64,000 nucleotides of DNA from Octopus vulgaris. Its lineage: Eukaryota. A program made the position numbers and the translations under genes. Each line of letters opens with the position of its first letter. Position 1 is the stretch's first letter. Below are positions 29,119-41,862 of the stretch, in pieces. The notes below the pieces were generated by a model. It worked only from the letters and a program-made list of their open reading frames with translations, had not been told where the DNA came from and searched no databases. The stretch is from the NCBI GenBank assembly GCA_951406725.2, contig OX597830.1:15872001-15936000 (forward strand), given 5' to 3'.

Positions 29119-29199
29119 TAATATATATAGCGATTGACAGATAGATCGATACATATCGATATGTATGTATGTATGTATGTATATCCTTCCGTTCCTTCA

Positions 29200-29330
29200 T
29201 TTCCCAATGCATCCCTCAGCCAACTCATAAGATATAGTTTAGCCTGTTCCTTCGGGTTTAATAATATCGATCTTGCAGTCCTACTTAAAAAGTATTATTT
29301 CTCTAGACATTTGCCAGAATTGTAAATATC
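29200..29330 (+). mobile_element. Possible Penelope-like RT thumb remnant
   Basis: SQLIRYSLACS resembles the ISQLIRY(A/S)RACS motif of Penelope-like RTs. Short, so weak evidence. Confidence 0.35.
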
Positions 29331-30830
29331 TGACAGGTTCCTTACAAGATGAGACATATTTAGTAAGCTCCCACATAGACTGACAGAAAACTGTTCAGTT
29401 TATCAATTAAAGTGTATTTTTCATCGACATCTCTTTCTCCAATCACATTTAGTTTAGTTCCCCAAGAGTCCTTACTTCCTTTATACTTCTTACGCTGTGG
29501 CTGTCCACTTGCTTCGCTGTTTTATTAATTTCTTGCCTCACCACCAAACATTCTTATTTCTCTTCAATATAAATATAATGGATCCAACGACGAAAGAATC
29601 GTGTTATCTAATGACACCAATATTGTATCTACAATATATTTTGTTATTATCTTGTAAACGAATTGTCCATAGAAATATCGTTTGCTCAGGTGATTTTCAG
29701 TTGTTGCAAGTATTAGAACCATGTTTCCGCTCTGCGGATAACTTCTTTTTTCCGCCTCTCTCCACTCTCAGAGACACTGAAAGACATCATGCGAACTGTC
29801 TTTCTTTTTCTGATGAGTCCATGATGCAAAAGTATGTAACATTTCGCTGCAATTTCACAACAGCAGTTGTGGGCTTCACTAATATGAATTGTTATTCTTC
29901 TACGTGTGCGAGAAAAAATTACATTAACCAGCGAATACATGCAGGGTCATTTTAAGGAATGTGTACACTAGGCTGTTGCCCAAAGCTTCACGGTGTCTAA
30001 GGATCCAATTCTGATCTATGTATGTTGTAGCTTGCTGTCAGTAAATAAACACAAGGGCCCAATGCATTAACTGGCTCGGAGGACAAGAATATTGTTGAGG
30101 CGGCCCTGTACACAGGTTATACTGAAATTGATTAAGAAATAATAGTTAAAGGTGTCCTCGAAAGATGGTGATTTACTTTGATTTGTTTTATAACCCTTGG
30201 TGTCATTCAACTTATATTTACCGAGCAAACTCAGACATGGAATGTTAAACTGAACCTGGTAAAATTTGAAAACGTAACTTAAACGAATAAATCTAAATAT
30301 TGCCATGTATTTGGTTTGGCAAACTACAGTATAGGCCACTTCTCTGCCCCTTTCTTTTCTTATCCTATCAAGACATTTCAATTATAATTCTAAGTATCAT
30401 TTCTGTAGAAGGAAGACTTCAGACATGTTTTAATCAGTTCTGCTTATTTTTGAATTTATTAAACAACTATTATCAATTCGACATGAAACTGTTCCATTTG
30501 AAGAATTTATCAACAGATACCAAATCTTTACCAATTTATTCATTTTACAGTAATCATACTTGCCATGAGAAAAAAAAAATTATTAAGTGTCATTAAATTG
30601 TTTACAAGACTAATTTGAGAATTAGTTAGTATACAGTCTAATTAGTATTAATTCCCGTAGTGTGTATTGTAATTAATTTGCGGAATCAATTAGAAATATT
30701 TGAATGTTCACTTAAATATTTGTTTTCTTCCGACGACTGTGAAGAGACCGTCTAAATCTTTTAACAATGAAGATAACAATAGAGCAAAGGTTGTTGAAAA
30801 CAAAGTTTAAATTTCTCTTCTCCCGACTTT

Positions 30831-30901
30831 TATAAACACACACACTCTCTCTCTCACCCTCCTTCTTTCTGTCTCTCTGTAAAAGCAACCACTTTATTCA
30901 G
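30831..30901 (+). promoter_or_regulatory. Candidate TATA box and short non-coding first exon of the TY-domain gene
   Basis: TATAAA at 30831, a pyrimidine-rich stretch, then a CAG|GTATTG donor-like site at 30901/30902. An acceptor 17 nt before the ATG suggests an upstream UTR exon. Inference only. Confidence 0.3.
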
Positions 30902-30989
30902 GTATTGACTGATCCTACTCTGAACTACCGTGTCAAAACAGCTATTACGAAGAAACAGAGCTTAATATATAGAGAGAAGAGAAAAGAAA

Positions 30990-31235
30990 TCTCTCTATAT
31001 ATAAACGGCAAAATGTCTGTGTGTGTGTCCTTTATACAAATCTACAATTTTTCAGTTAGAAGGCTCGCACTTTCTATGGTCATTCAAAACCGTCCAAGGG
31101 TGGTCGTGCACATCTTTACATTTCGCCAGTCGTCACCCTGCAAAGCCATTAAAAATCAATAGAAGTGAATTTTCTATCCAAAACCCAATCAAAATGCCAG
31201 CTAGCTGTATGTGATTGGTCGGAGATTTGAACAGT
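30990..31235 (+). mobile_element. Helitron-like 5' fragment
   Basis: Shares its 5' end (tctctctatatataaacggca..tgtctgtgtgt) with the element at 45666. Confidence 0.5.
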
Positions 31236-31906
31236 ACTCGCATATGTGCGCGTGCCTTCATATGTGTACGTAAGAATATATATATATATGTGTGTGTATG
31301 TATGTGTGTATGTATATATATATATATGTACACACACACACGCACACACACATATATATATATATATATAAATATATAATTAAGAATGTATTCCGTTAGG
31401 AACAGTCTGAGAATGCCTTGACTATCAAATAACCTTCTTTATCTATGTTACTATCTTACCCTCCAAATTTCAACATCTTTGTCACTCTCATTCACTTAAG
31501 ACTTTCCAATATTAAACGTATACCAAGTGATTCAGCAAGGATCCTCTTTCACGTGCATAATAATTTATACGATGATTAATAAAGTAATAAATATATTAGA
31601 TAACTTACTAATAATGTTGTGGAAATAATAAGAGGAAGTGATTAGATGCTTTGTAGTTTAGAAGTAATGTGGTTATCTAAACAGTGAATAATACGCAGTT
31701 TGAATGTCGTTTGTACGCATTCATTGGCGTTGTGTGTTGTGTGTTTTCTGTCACTAATTTGTGATCATATCTCATTATTATTATCTAATCATCACCATTT
31801 AATTATTTGCCGAATATATACTTGTCGAGAATTTACAATTCACTTCGAGAGCAAAACGCTTATTTATTTAATTTTTTTGATAATTTCAGATTTATTGTTG
31901 CCAATC

Positions 31907-32072
31907 ATGAAGTACATCTTCCTTATTGCCCTGAGCGTTGTAGCAGCCAGTGCTATCGTCTGCCCACCAGACGCCTGCAAAAATGTAAACTGCCCAGCAG
32001 TCGAAAACTGTGTAGATGGTGAACTTGGAAAAACATTTTGTTCATGTTGTGATGAGTGCATAAAATATTTGA
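31907..32072 (+). CDS. Coding exon 1 (signal peptide + first 8 Cys of the N-terminal domain)
   Basis: Acceptor tttcag ends at 31889, ATG at 31907, donor gtaagt at 32073; phase 1. Confidence 0.9.
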
Positions 32073-32902
32073 GTAAGTTGATTTTTACCCATGAATTTAT
32101 TGGAAAGAGGAAAGTATGGGCGCAGGAGTGGCTGTGTGGTAAGTAGCTTGTTTACCAACCACATGGTTGCGGGTTCAGTCCCACTGCGTGGCACCTTGGG
32201 CAAGTGTTTTCTGCTATAGCCTCGGGCCAACCAATGCCTTGTGAGTGGATTTGGTAGACGGAAACTGAAAGAAGCCCGTCGTATATATGTATATATATAT
32301 ATATCCGTGTTTGTGTCTGTGTTTGTCCTCCTAGAATTGCTTGACAACCGATGCTGGTGTGTTTATGTCCCCGTTACTTAGCGGTTCGGCAAAAGAGACC
32401 GATAGAATAAATACTGGGCTTACAAAAGAATAAGTCCTGGGGTCGAGTTGCTCGATTAAAGGCGGTGCTCCAGCATGTCCACAGTCAAATGACTGAAACA
32501 AGTAAAAAAAAAAAAAGAAAAAAGTATGATAGACATCGCAGGAGCATTCAGTAAGAATAGCATTCAGCAAAGCTGAAACCAAACTTGGGATAAACAACTG
32601 TCAATGTGATCTAATAATATATTCACTACATGATAGTCAGGTCTGAGGATGGAATTACTCCATGTTAATCTGATATAATGTGGTGTTCCCAAGATGTCAG
32701 TCTGATTTGAGGATGATAAAAATTAATATACATTCTTCAAGCTCAATCAGATATATAACATGGCTTGTCAGTTTTAAGTACCAGCGCCACATGAGACTTT
32801 CGTGACTTTTGTGGCTTTTATATTAACTTCATAAATTTGTCATACATTTCCTCAGAGAACTATTTCAACGACATACCGTATGCCGTTGCAATACATTATT
32901 CC

Positions 32903-32987
<85 letters not shown>

Positions 32988-33534
32988 GAGTGGGAGAGCA
33001 GTGCATGTCATCAAAGTGATACTGGGGTAAAATATACGAAGCCTAGTATACCCATCATGACTACCCGTCTGATAAGGGTACACTAGGCACATGCATCGCA
33101 ACCATATGTGTGCGACATAGTGATCTCATATCAATATAAACAGCACATGACCTTGCAGGTGGAGCCCAGTTAGAATTTTCTTCTGTTCGAGTAACCCATC
33201 CCGCTCAAAAGGTCCCTGAATAAGGATTGTTTAAAGTTGTTGAACGAAACACCCATGTTTCCAGAGGTGAATTATTCAAACCCCAAAGAATCCCTCTCAA
33301 CACATGGCTTTCATGCTCTCCCACTACTTCTGCTCGTGATCAGAGATGCACATATCGTCAGCCCCTAAGGTTAAGGTTAAACTAGTTAAGGTTAAACAAC
33401 TGACAAGCAAGTCTGTGGTACTGAGCAGAATATTTACTGTAGCCCATCTTTTATACCAAGACGAAAAGCAATGTACATGATAACACAGTCAATCAGTTAA
33501 GATCAGAAGCCATGAGAGCCACTGCCTGGTACTG

Positions 33535-33588
<54 letters not shown>

Positions 33589-34142
33589 CATAATCATCAT
33601 CATCATCATCATTATTGAGTGAGAGAGCAGCGCATGCCTTCAAAGGGGCACTGGGGTAAAAATATACGAAGCCCAATATACTCATCATGACTACCCATCT
33701 GATAAGAGTACACCAGGCATATGCTTCACAACCATATACGCACGACATGGTGATTTCATATCATGATAAACAGTGCATGACCTTGCAGGTGGGGTCCATT
33801 TAGAATTTTCTTCAGATCGAGTTGTCCATCCCGCTGAAAAGGTCTCTGAATAAGGGTTGTTTAAGGATGTTGAATTATTCAAATCCGAAAAGGGTGAATT
33901 ATTCAAATCCGAAAGAATTCCTCTCAACACATGACTATGAAGCTCCTCTACTACTTCTGCTCGTGAGCAGAGGATGCACATACTGTCAGCCACTAAGGGA
34001 CATGCTCAATTGATTAAGGTCAAACAACTGCCAAGCAAATCTCTGCTGTTGAGCAGAATATTTGCTGTAGCCCGTCTTTTAGTCCAAGACAAAATATGTA
34101 CATAACACTTCCAATGAGTTAAGATCAGAAGCCATGAGAGCC

Positions 34143-34223
<81 letters not shown>

Positions 34224-34439
34224 GGCGGTGAGCTGGCAGAATCGTTAGCGCGCCGGACGAAATGCTTAGCGGTATTTTGCCCGTCGTTCTGAGTTCAAAT
34301 TCCGCCGATGTCGACATTACCTTTTATCCTTTCGGGGTCGATAAAATAAAGTACCAGTTGAACACTGGGGGCGACTCATCCCCTCCCCAAAATTGCCGCC
34401 TTTGTGGCAAAATTTGAGACCATTATCATTATCATCATC

Positions 34440-34503
<64 letters not shown>

Positions 34504-34821
34504 TATGTTTGACTTTTGCTTTACATTTGCACAAACTGGCTTCAAGTCTCACCCAGAGACCTCAAGAGACAACAAGTTGGAAGTTCCTGTTGGTGTTATG
34601 CCTAGGGTGCCATATATTTGGTTTTGTACTCGGTGTTGTACTAGTGAATGCTTAAAAACCATACGAAAATTATGTTTGTTTTAAAACTTGAGATTACATA
34701 GAAAGTATTTTGCGTAGGATATGAGCAGTTCCTATGAGCACTATCTTTGGGAACTGCTCATATCCTACGCAAAATACTTTCTATGTAATCTCAAGTTTTA
34801 AAACAAACAATTTTTGAATGG

Positions 34822-34881
<60 letters not shown>

Positions 34882-37800
34882 TTCAGAGGAAGGAGATCGC
34901 TGCATTCCCGAAGGTATGTTTGGAATCCCAGTCGCCAGCAAGTGTGGTCTTAAGCTTGTCTGCAGCAGACGTTCCGGAACTTGCATCAGTAAGTAATGTT
35001 TCTTTCAATTTGAAATTGTGGAAGTTTAATACTTAACGCAGTGTATTGGCAAAGAAAAACTGCAGGGTGATGAACTGAAGACTTAGTCTCTTTAATTCCA
35101 GAGTCCATAACCGTTTAATGTGAACCTTGCTTTACAACCGTTCAGAGTCAATACAATAATTACCGGGGAAGTAATGAGAGCCACTTGATCACTTCTAACC
35201 TTCCCATACAGATACAAATATGGCTTTGTACCAATGGCAAAAATTAATATTCGCTTGGCTGATGCTATGTACGGAACTGAATTCCATTGGAGATACTCAG
35301 AGAAGCTTTATATTCACACACAAAATCAGTTATTGGTCACTATCAAACTTCCTATACTTTATACAACAGTACTGATAGTAGCGAGACTTGAAACTAGCTG
35401 ATATGGTGATATACCTATCTACTTAGCAACGTTTGTATTCTTTAACAGAGTTACTTAATAAAATATTGTTGTGTTAACAATGTTTTATTTGAATATTGCA
35501 CTCTCCTACATAAATGTATCGATAGATTTTTAACAAACACTATTTGTATATAGAGACATAAACATCTTGGCTTTCTATACAATATACAAGTATAAGATAT
35601 TTACATCAGTCTATATTTAATGTTGGTTAAAATCCAGAGAAATTCTTAGCGCACAATAGTCTAGTAGATATATCATGTGGAGGCACAGTTCACTGCTGTA
35701 AGCAACAGAAATTATTTTGTAATTGTGTTTCTTTCAATGCCGAGGTGGAATTCTTTCATGAGGGGATCCCTTGGAGAAAGAAAGAGTAAACCATTATACA
35801 GCATTCTTTTGAATTGTGATTGGAAGATAATGTGTTCAGAACTACTGAATAACAATGTCTGTAATAGAGAAAATTTCCCAGGGTTACCTTCCTTATGAAG
35901 AACATACAGTTAAGGGTTAACTAACACATCTAGTATTAAATAGTGAAGTTAAAGCTAACTTAAATAATATGGTGAGCATAATAATTTTAATAAATCTGTA
36001 GTATGTAGCTGTATTAAAACGAAGCAAGCATTGTTGGACAATACCTAAATAAAACAAATAAAGGCAAGAGAGACAACTCATAATTCGAAACACTGTCTGA
36101 AAAGAGTTGGCGTACCTGAGACCAAATTAACATTTCATGTGCTAACACACGTTGTTCTAAGTGTTTCGTAACTGTGGATGATTGAAGACCTATTATATTA
36201 TTATATTATATATTATAAATTATTCTATTTATTTCTTGTATTATGGAATCATTGTGATCCTAATATCGCTGTGCACTTGTGGGTTCAATATAGTGACGAA
36301 ATTGTGATTCCAATATCTTTGTATGGCTGTAAAGTCCTGTGCTACCGTTGAGCCTTCAGCATTTCAGTATACTTGAAATCTCAATTCTGTAGAATATTTG
36401 CGATCGCAATATTGTATCATTATGGTTTCAATGTTCTATAGAGAAATCATTCAGGTGATTTGTGCCTCTTCAAGGAACACCACTTGATCCTTATGTATTT
36501 TTAGTCGAGTCCAACCTGCTACAAACATTTGCTCAAGGCCTCCAATTTCAGGCAATCAATGACCTATGGTTTATTCTTCGTTTACCCACCCCTTCACGCC
36601 AGTGATGTACTAGGCATGATGAGCATGTGATAAGGTAATCGGCGCAGCTCTTCTTTCTCCTCTGAACCTAAATTATCCAGCAAATAAACTGGTTGTTGTT
36701 GTTGTTGCTTAAAACACAAGTTAATCTTAGTCTACGACACCTACGATTAAAGAGTCTACGACGCCTACGATTAAAGAGTTTACAACACCTACGATTAAAG
36801 AGGTCTTTTAAACATAACGTTTCTAAAACTACATTGGGCCTTGTGTCTGTTCATTGAGAAGGGAGCACTGTGTGATTGAAATGATATTTGGCTGCTATTT
36901 CTCACTGACTGGGCAGCCATTGACTAAAGGCTCTCGTTTTTGACCTGACAGGTCTGTCATTACTTAGTAACTGTACAAACTGTAGAGACACAGTGGTTCT
37001 TATGTCTTTGTGAGGAAAGATCAAATTTAGTTATTTTCTATCCACCAACCTGGCATAGTTGTTTCCATTCTAATTTACTGTTTCTCTTCATTTTAGAACC
37101 ATTGGCTTACACTACAAAAACTTGTACACAACTGAAATCGGAGACTGAGGGCAAGAATTTGCTTGGAGCATTTATTCCTCGATGTGAAACTGATGGAACT
37201 TTCTCTGCTGTCCAGTGTCATGGATCAGTGTAAGATATTATTACCATAGTGATATCATATCATTACAAATAAGCTACTGGCTTGAAAATAAACGAACGTA
37301 GATAATCATAGAAATCACCGCACAGCACATGGTTCATTCATTTTATATCTAATTTCATGAAAAGTCTTCTAAGCTGTTGGCAACATATTCATTGCTGCTA
37401 GAATAAATATATATATATTCACATAAACTAAATCTATTAATTCATACGTTGGGGCATAAGCACTTTTTCCAGATTCTATGATGTGAAACCAACATTTTGG
37501 AAAAGCCTTTCTTTAAAACAACGAAGAAGAGAATCTAGATAATGCAAAAGAAATTATCTGTTTCAAATGAGTTTCTGGGAGCATTTTTCTCAAATCAAAG
37601 TATGAAGACCTGTTCTGTACTGATTTCTTAGAATCAGGGAACATATATCCACTGTGCCATTTGAAATCGAAGAAACTTATATGATTCATATTTCGTTTTA
37701 TATTAAGCGTGATGTGATTATATATATATATATATATATATGTAAACTAATTTTAAAGCAGCTGAAAAATGTCTTTTATTAATGTCTTTTTTTTTATTTC

Positions 37801-39187
37801 ACAGGTGTTACTGTGCACACACAGATGGTACCCATATCCCAGGATTCCAATCTGCCATTCATGAAATCCAAGGAATGAATTGCAGTAAGTTATAATTCTC
37901 TACAAGTTAAATGAATTCATCTAGCATTGCCTTCAAGGCAGTCGTTTTAAAGAGACGATTCCAGTCTAAAAAAACATGGCAGCTGCCTTTATTCATTAAA
38001 AATATAACAGATACACGTAATTGTATCGAGAAATTATGAGATAGTTTCGCAAAAGTACATTGTACCTGGATCTGGCAGCTTTTTTGGTCTCTCAGAAGAT
38101 ATTTTTATATTTTGAAGACTAGCACTAACAGAGGGAAGAGATTCTGAAAAATATTTTTGTATCCCCTGATAAAGTCATCTGAAATATTCTAGCTATGTCC
38201 CTTTTTTTATTCCTGATATTTTCCATAACGACTAACATAAAGTCATTTTAGTTCCTTAAGCATATAAAATCTTGCAAAAGAAACTCATTTGCTGTTATTC
38301 TTTAACAAAGACACTCTATCAATGACCATCCTGTCTGTTTGTATCCTGGGGATTACTGTGTCTTTTTAAGATGGCAGGATGTGATTTAAGAAGGATTTAG
38401 CTGTTGTTTCTAGCAGTTGGAGTGACAGCATAGAAACTCTCTGGTTGGCTCAAACTTTGGCTGTTTTAACATGATGGTGTGCCTCGTTTATCTAGTGGCA
38501 GTAAGTGGAGTTGAGTATCTTGTCTAAGGAGAGTAACAAGATAATTACTGCTGTTTTGTGAGAAAACAATAGGAAATGTACGATAGCCAGGTCATTGAAC
38601 TGTGACATCAGTGTTTTTAGAAAACCAGACACAAGTAATTCCTTCACCACTGTTGCTGCCACCACCGCCGCCGCCACCACCACCACCACCACCACCACCA
38701 TCCAACAGTAGCAGTTGTAAAAGTCAAAGTCAACTGTGTGTTGGCACAAACAGTTACCACTTGCTCAGTCCACATAGCTGTAATAGGTGCCATGACATGT
38801 AGTTCATTGCTCTAAGCTGAAGAATGTTCTGTTGTGACCCCTTCATGAAGTTGGTGGATTTTTATCATCCATAGGTGATGAGAGTGTCGGTGGTTGAGTT
38901 GATAGTTTACTAGGCTTTTGTATTTACCCCCAATAAGTTGAGATGATAGATAAATACTGATTCACTGGCTTTCTCTAAAACTTTCTTTATGCTTTCTTTC
39001 AGACTGTGCCCGCCATAAGTTCGCATATGGAAAGACTGGCTTGATTGGCAAACTGTTCCGCTGTGAACCCAACGGTAATTACAACAAAATCCAATGTACT
39101 GGAAGTGCATGCTATTGTGTTGACGAGGCTGGCAAACAAGTTGGTGGATCAGTTCATATAACTAAGAGTGAATCAATGAACTGCTAG
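31907..39187 (+). CDS. Secreted Cys-rich protein, 221 aa: signal peptide + AmFPI-1/IGFBP-N-like 12-Cys domain + two thyroglobulin type-1 domains (putative multi-domain protease inhibitor). Exons 31907-32072, 34887-34988, 37097-37229, 37805-37884, 39003-39187
   Basis: The five exons have AG acceptors and GTAAG donors with matching phases (1,1,2,1) and join to 666 nt with no internal stop: MKYIFLIALSVVAASA-IVCPPDACKNVNCPAVENCVDGELGKTFCSCCDECIKYLKEGDRCIPEGMFGIPVASKCGLKLVCSRRSGTCIK-PLAYTTKTCTQLKSETEGKNLLGAFIPRCETDGTFSAVQCHGSVCYCAHTDGTHIPGFQSAIHEIQGMNC-NCARHKFAYGKTGLIGKLFRCEPNGNYNKIQCTGSACYCVDEAGKQVGGSVHITKSESMNC*. Each TY repeat has 6 Cys with QC and CYC(V) motifs. Confidence 0.9.
32119..32520 (+). 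mobile_element. SINE family A in the intron after coding exon 1, with 8-bp TSD aaagtatg
   Basis: Full-length copy ~46 nt downstream of the donor; aaagtatg at 32111-32118 and 32521-32528. Confidence 0.9.
32988..33536 (-). mobile_element. Family D (TAA)n-embedded element
   Basis: Reverse complement of the 10218 element, flanked by (TTA)n. Confidence 0.85.
33617..34142 (-). mobile_element. Family D (TAA)n-embedded element, in tandem with the previous copy
   Basis: Same homology; separated from the previous copy only by (TTA)n/(TCA)n. Confidence 0.85.
34223..34422 (+). mobile_element. SINE family B variant
   Basis: aggcggtgagctggcagaatcg..gagttcaaattccgcc..tcctttcggggtcgataaa. Confidence 0.8.
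34503..34748 (-). mobile_element. 3' end of the same R4/Dong family as 18903-21993, antisense in the host-gene intron
   Basis: The reverse complement matches 21709-21993 (aaagatagtgctc...agtcaaacatag), followed by (AAT)n on the minus strand. Confidence 0.9.
34673..34809. repeat. Perfect 60-bp inverted repeat with a 17-nt loop
   Basis: 34673-34732 is the exact reverse complement of 34750-34809. Confidence 0.93.
34887..34988 (+). CDS. Coding exon 2 (KEGDRC...GTCI)
   Basis: (tta)n-cttcag acceptor and gtaagt donor at 34989. The 102-nt exon keeps phase 1 and completes the 12-Cys pattern. Confidence 0.87.
36729..36802 (+). repeat. 24-bp minisatellite, 3 copies
   Basis: agtctacgacacctacgattaaag repeated three times, in the intron after coding exon 2. 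Confidence 0.85.
37097..37229 (+). CDS. Coding exon 3 (first half of thyroglobulin type-1 repeat 1)
   Basis: Pyrimidine tract plus ttttag acceptor, FIPRCETDGTFSAVQC motif, gtaaga donor at 37230. Confidence 0.9.
37805..37884 (+). CDS. Coding exon 4 (second half of TY repeat 1)
   Basis: T-rich tract plus acag acceptor, CYCAHTDG motif, gtaagt donor at 37885. Confidence 0.9.
39003..39187 (+). CDS. Coding exon 5 (TY repeat 2 and stop codon)
   Basis: tttctttcag acceptor, RCEPNGNYNKIQC..CYCVDEAG motif, TAG at 39185-39187. Confidence 0.9.
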
Positions 39188-39250
39188 AGAAACACTGCCG
39201 AAGATCTCTGCTTGAGAGAAATTTGAATCAGGGTTTTATTTTGGTGTCAA

Positions 39251-39256
39251 AATAAA
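39251..39256 (+). promoter_or_regulatory. Polyadenylation signal AATAAA of the TY-domain gene
   Basis: AATAAA ~65 nt after the stop codon, followed by a GT/T-rich downstream element (tgtagtgtttgttattttt). Confidence 0.6.
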
Positions 39257-39665
39257 GAAAATTTGAAATAATTTTTGAAGTGTAGTGTTTGTTATTTTTA
39301 ATGAACCTCTGCCTCTATTTTTCAGTACTGTTAATACTCATTACTACTCAGTTAGACTAAGTTACTAAGTTACTATTCAATTGGCCATTAGTTTCATAAT
39401 ATCACTTCAAATGCTGTAGAGAGGCAGAATTATCATAGACCTGAACAATGTATTGTCTTCCTACGCTCTTCAAGATCTACGTTATCTTTTGCTCTTCTGT
39501 GGTTGATAAAATATACAGCAATTATATCCAGTACAATAAGCTTTGTATCTCAGTTAATCTCACGTCAGTATATAATATCATTACTAACGTATGTTGACCA
39601 ATTCTTAGTTTCAACCTGAGTTGGAACTCTTGAAATTATTTTTAAAAAATATAAAAAATTATATA

Positions 39666-40067
39666 GGCACAGGAGTGGCTGTGTAGTAAGTAGCTTGCTA
39701 ACCAGCCACATGGTTCCGGGTTCAGTCCCACTGCGTGGCATCTTGGGCAAGTGTCTTCTGCTATAGCCTCGGGCCGACTAATGCCTTGTGATTGGATTTG
39801 GTAGACGGAAACTGAAAGAAGCATGTCGTATATATGTATATATATATATGTATGTGTCTGTGCTTGTGAGTTTGTGTTTGTCCCCCTAGCATTGCTTGAC
39901 AACCGATGCTGGTGTGTTTATGTCCCCGTCACTTAGCGGTTCGGCAAAAGGGACCGATAAAATAAGTACTGGCCTTACAAAGAATAAGTCCCGGGGTCGA
40001 TTTGCTCGACTAAAGGCGGTGCTGCAGCATGGCCGCAGTCAAATGACTGAAACAAGTAAAAGAGTAA
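39666..40067 (+). mobile_element. SINE family A
   Basis: Full-length copy. Confidence 0.9.
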
Positions 40068-40326
40068 TTCTAGACTTCGGAAACTAGTCCCAAGTCCTAG
40101 GACTATCATCAGATACCTTAATAAATTAAATATTCAAATACTCATTGTGCGGTTGGTGTCAACAGAGGAGAAGGGAGAAGATGCTTCTTTAAAATTGTCA
40201 GTATTTTTACAGGTCTTTGGCGCCAAGGCCAACTTTGCCTTTCTTCCTTTCGGGGCAAATAAATACCAGTTGGGCACTTAGCCCCGAATGAGGCCAATCT
40301 TTCAAACCAATATATTTAAGGTCTAA

Positions 40327-40568
40327 GACGGTGAGGTGTCAGAATCGTTACCACGCCGGACAAAATACTTAACAGCATTTCTTCCGATTTAAAGTTGCAA
40401 GTTCAAATACTGCCGGGGTAGACTTTACCTTTTGTCCTAGTAGGGTTGACTTTAATTTCCGTGCCTTTGGGGTCGATAAAAAAAGTACCAGTTGAACACT
40501 GGGGTCGAGGTAATCGACTTATCTCCTTCCTAAAATTGTTGATTTTGTGCCAAAACTTGAAACCAATA
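40327..40568 (+). mobile_element. SINE family B variant (diverged)
   Basis: Diverged head and central domain; the tail resembles the copy at 34223. Confidence 0.65.
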
Positions 40569-40995
40569 TTTTACATATCGCTAGTAAAGTGTTTATGCTG
40601 AGATGAGGAGATCCAATTCCATAACGCGAATGCCTCATAAATGCATTAAAATATTTCCTGCATCATCATTAGTTATTTTTCCCACGTGACCGGAAGAAAC
40701 CCCAGTTGTCCCGTTGTTTTCAAAATGTCGTCGGCGTGATGAGTAATTTCCTAAGTTTCTGTAATCGCAATACAGTCTAGTTTTAATGGCATTATATATA
40801 GTTTTAATGGCATTATATGCAAGACTTCTCTCTTGTGTAATATCTGCTTCTGAAAATAATCCTTGAATTGAATATTACTGCATCAATTAGCTACGGATAT
40901 TGCCACATCCATTTGGTTCCTAACCATTATTTCGAGATTGAAGCTACTCTTCGAAGACAATCCAATTATTTTCGCCCGTTGCAAAGTTTTTGACC

Positions 40996-41034
<39 letters not shown>

Positions 41035-41173
41035 GCTCTCTCTCTCCCTCTCTCTCCCTCTCTCTCCCTCTCTCTCCCTCTCTCTCTCCCTCTCTATCTA
41101 TCTGTCTATCTATATTTATCTCCTGCTCTCTCTCTCTCTATCTATCTATCTCTCTATCTATATTTCTCTCCTG

Positions 41174-41222
<49 letters not shown>

Positions 41223-41684
41223 TATCTATCTATTTATCTATCTCTCGCTCAGTCGCTCCACTTCCCTCTCTCCAAACATGGAATACGTTCTCTGATTCTA
41301 AGAGCTGCAACAATATATCTATCCCACTCAGCTCACTCTGCTCTAATGTCTACATAACTTATATAAATCACAGACTTTGTCCATTTCTCCATTCTGCTAA
41401 TAAAACACACTTCTGCTAATAAAACACAAGTTATGATGATTCAGAATATTGTGTGTTTTTTATGTATGAGATAAAACAATGGCTGATAAATACATGATTA
41501 ATAATATTCAGCCAGCGTCTTAAAAACTCACCATTGTAGCTTAACGACCATTTATAGAACAAAGTGTTTCAATTCCATTCAATACTTCTAACTTTCGAAA
41601 GACAATTCTAAATGAAACTATAAACAACCGAGAAATACCATAAAACTTTTGAGTTTCCACAGATAACACTGTAACAAAATTTAT

Positions 41685-41862
41685 CGTTACGTTCTGAGTT
41701 CAAATTCCGCCGAGCCGAGGTCGACTTTGCCTTTCATCCTTTCGGGGTCGATAAATTAAGTACCAGTTACGTACTGGGGTCGACGTAATCGACTTAATCC
41801 GTTTCCCTGTCCTTGTTTGTCCACCCCCCTGTGTTTAGCCCCTTGTGGGTAATAAAGAAATA
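41685..41862 (+). mobile_element. SINE family B, 5'-truncated
   Basis: Matches 10375-10545. Confidence 0.85.

Noticed and set aside
29810-29880. CTGATGAGTCC hammerhead-like start
   Set aside because: No downstream GGAC-GAAA or stem III/NUH found.
31700-32146. 148-aa single ORF as a complete gene
   Set aside because: Only 31907-32072 is exonic; the rest is intron and SINE read-through.
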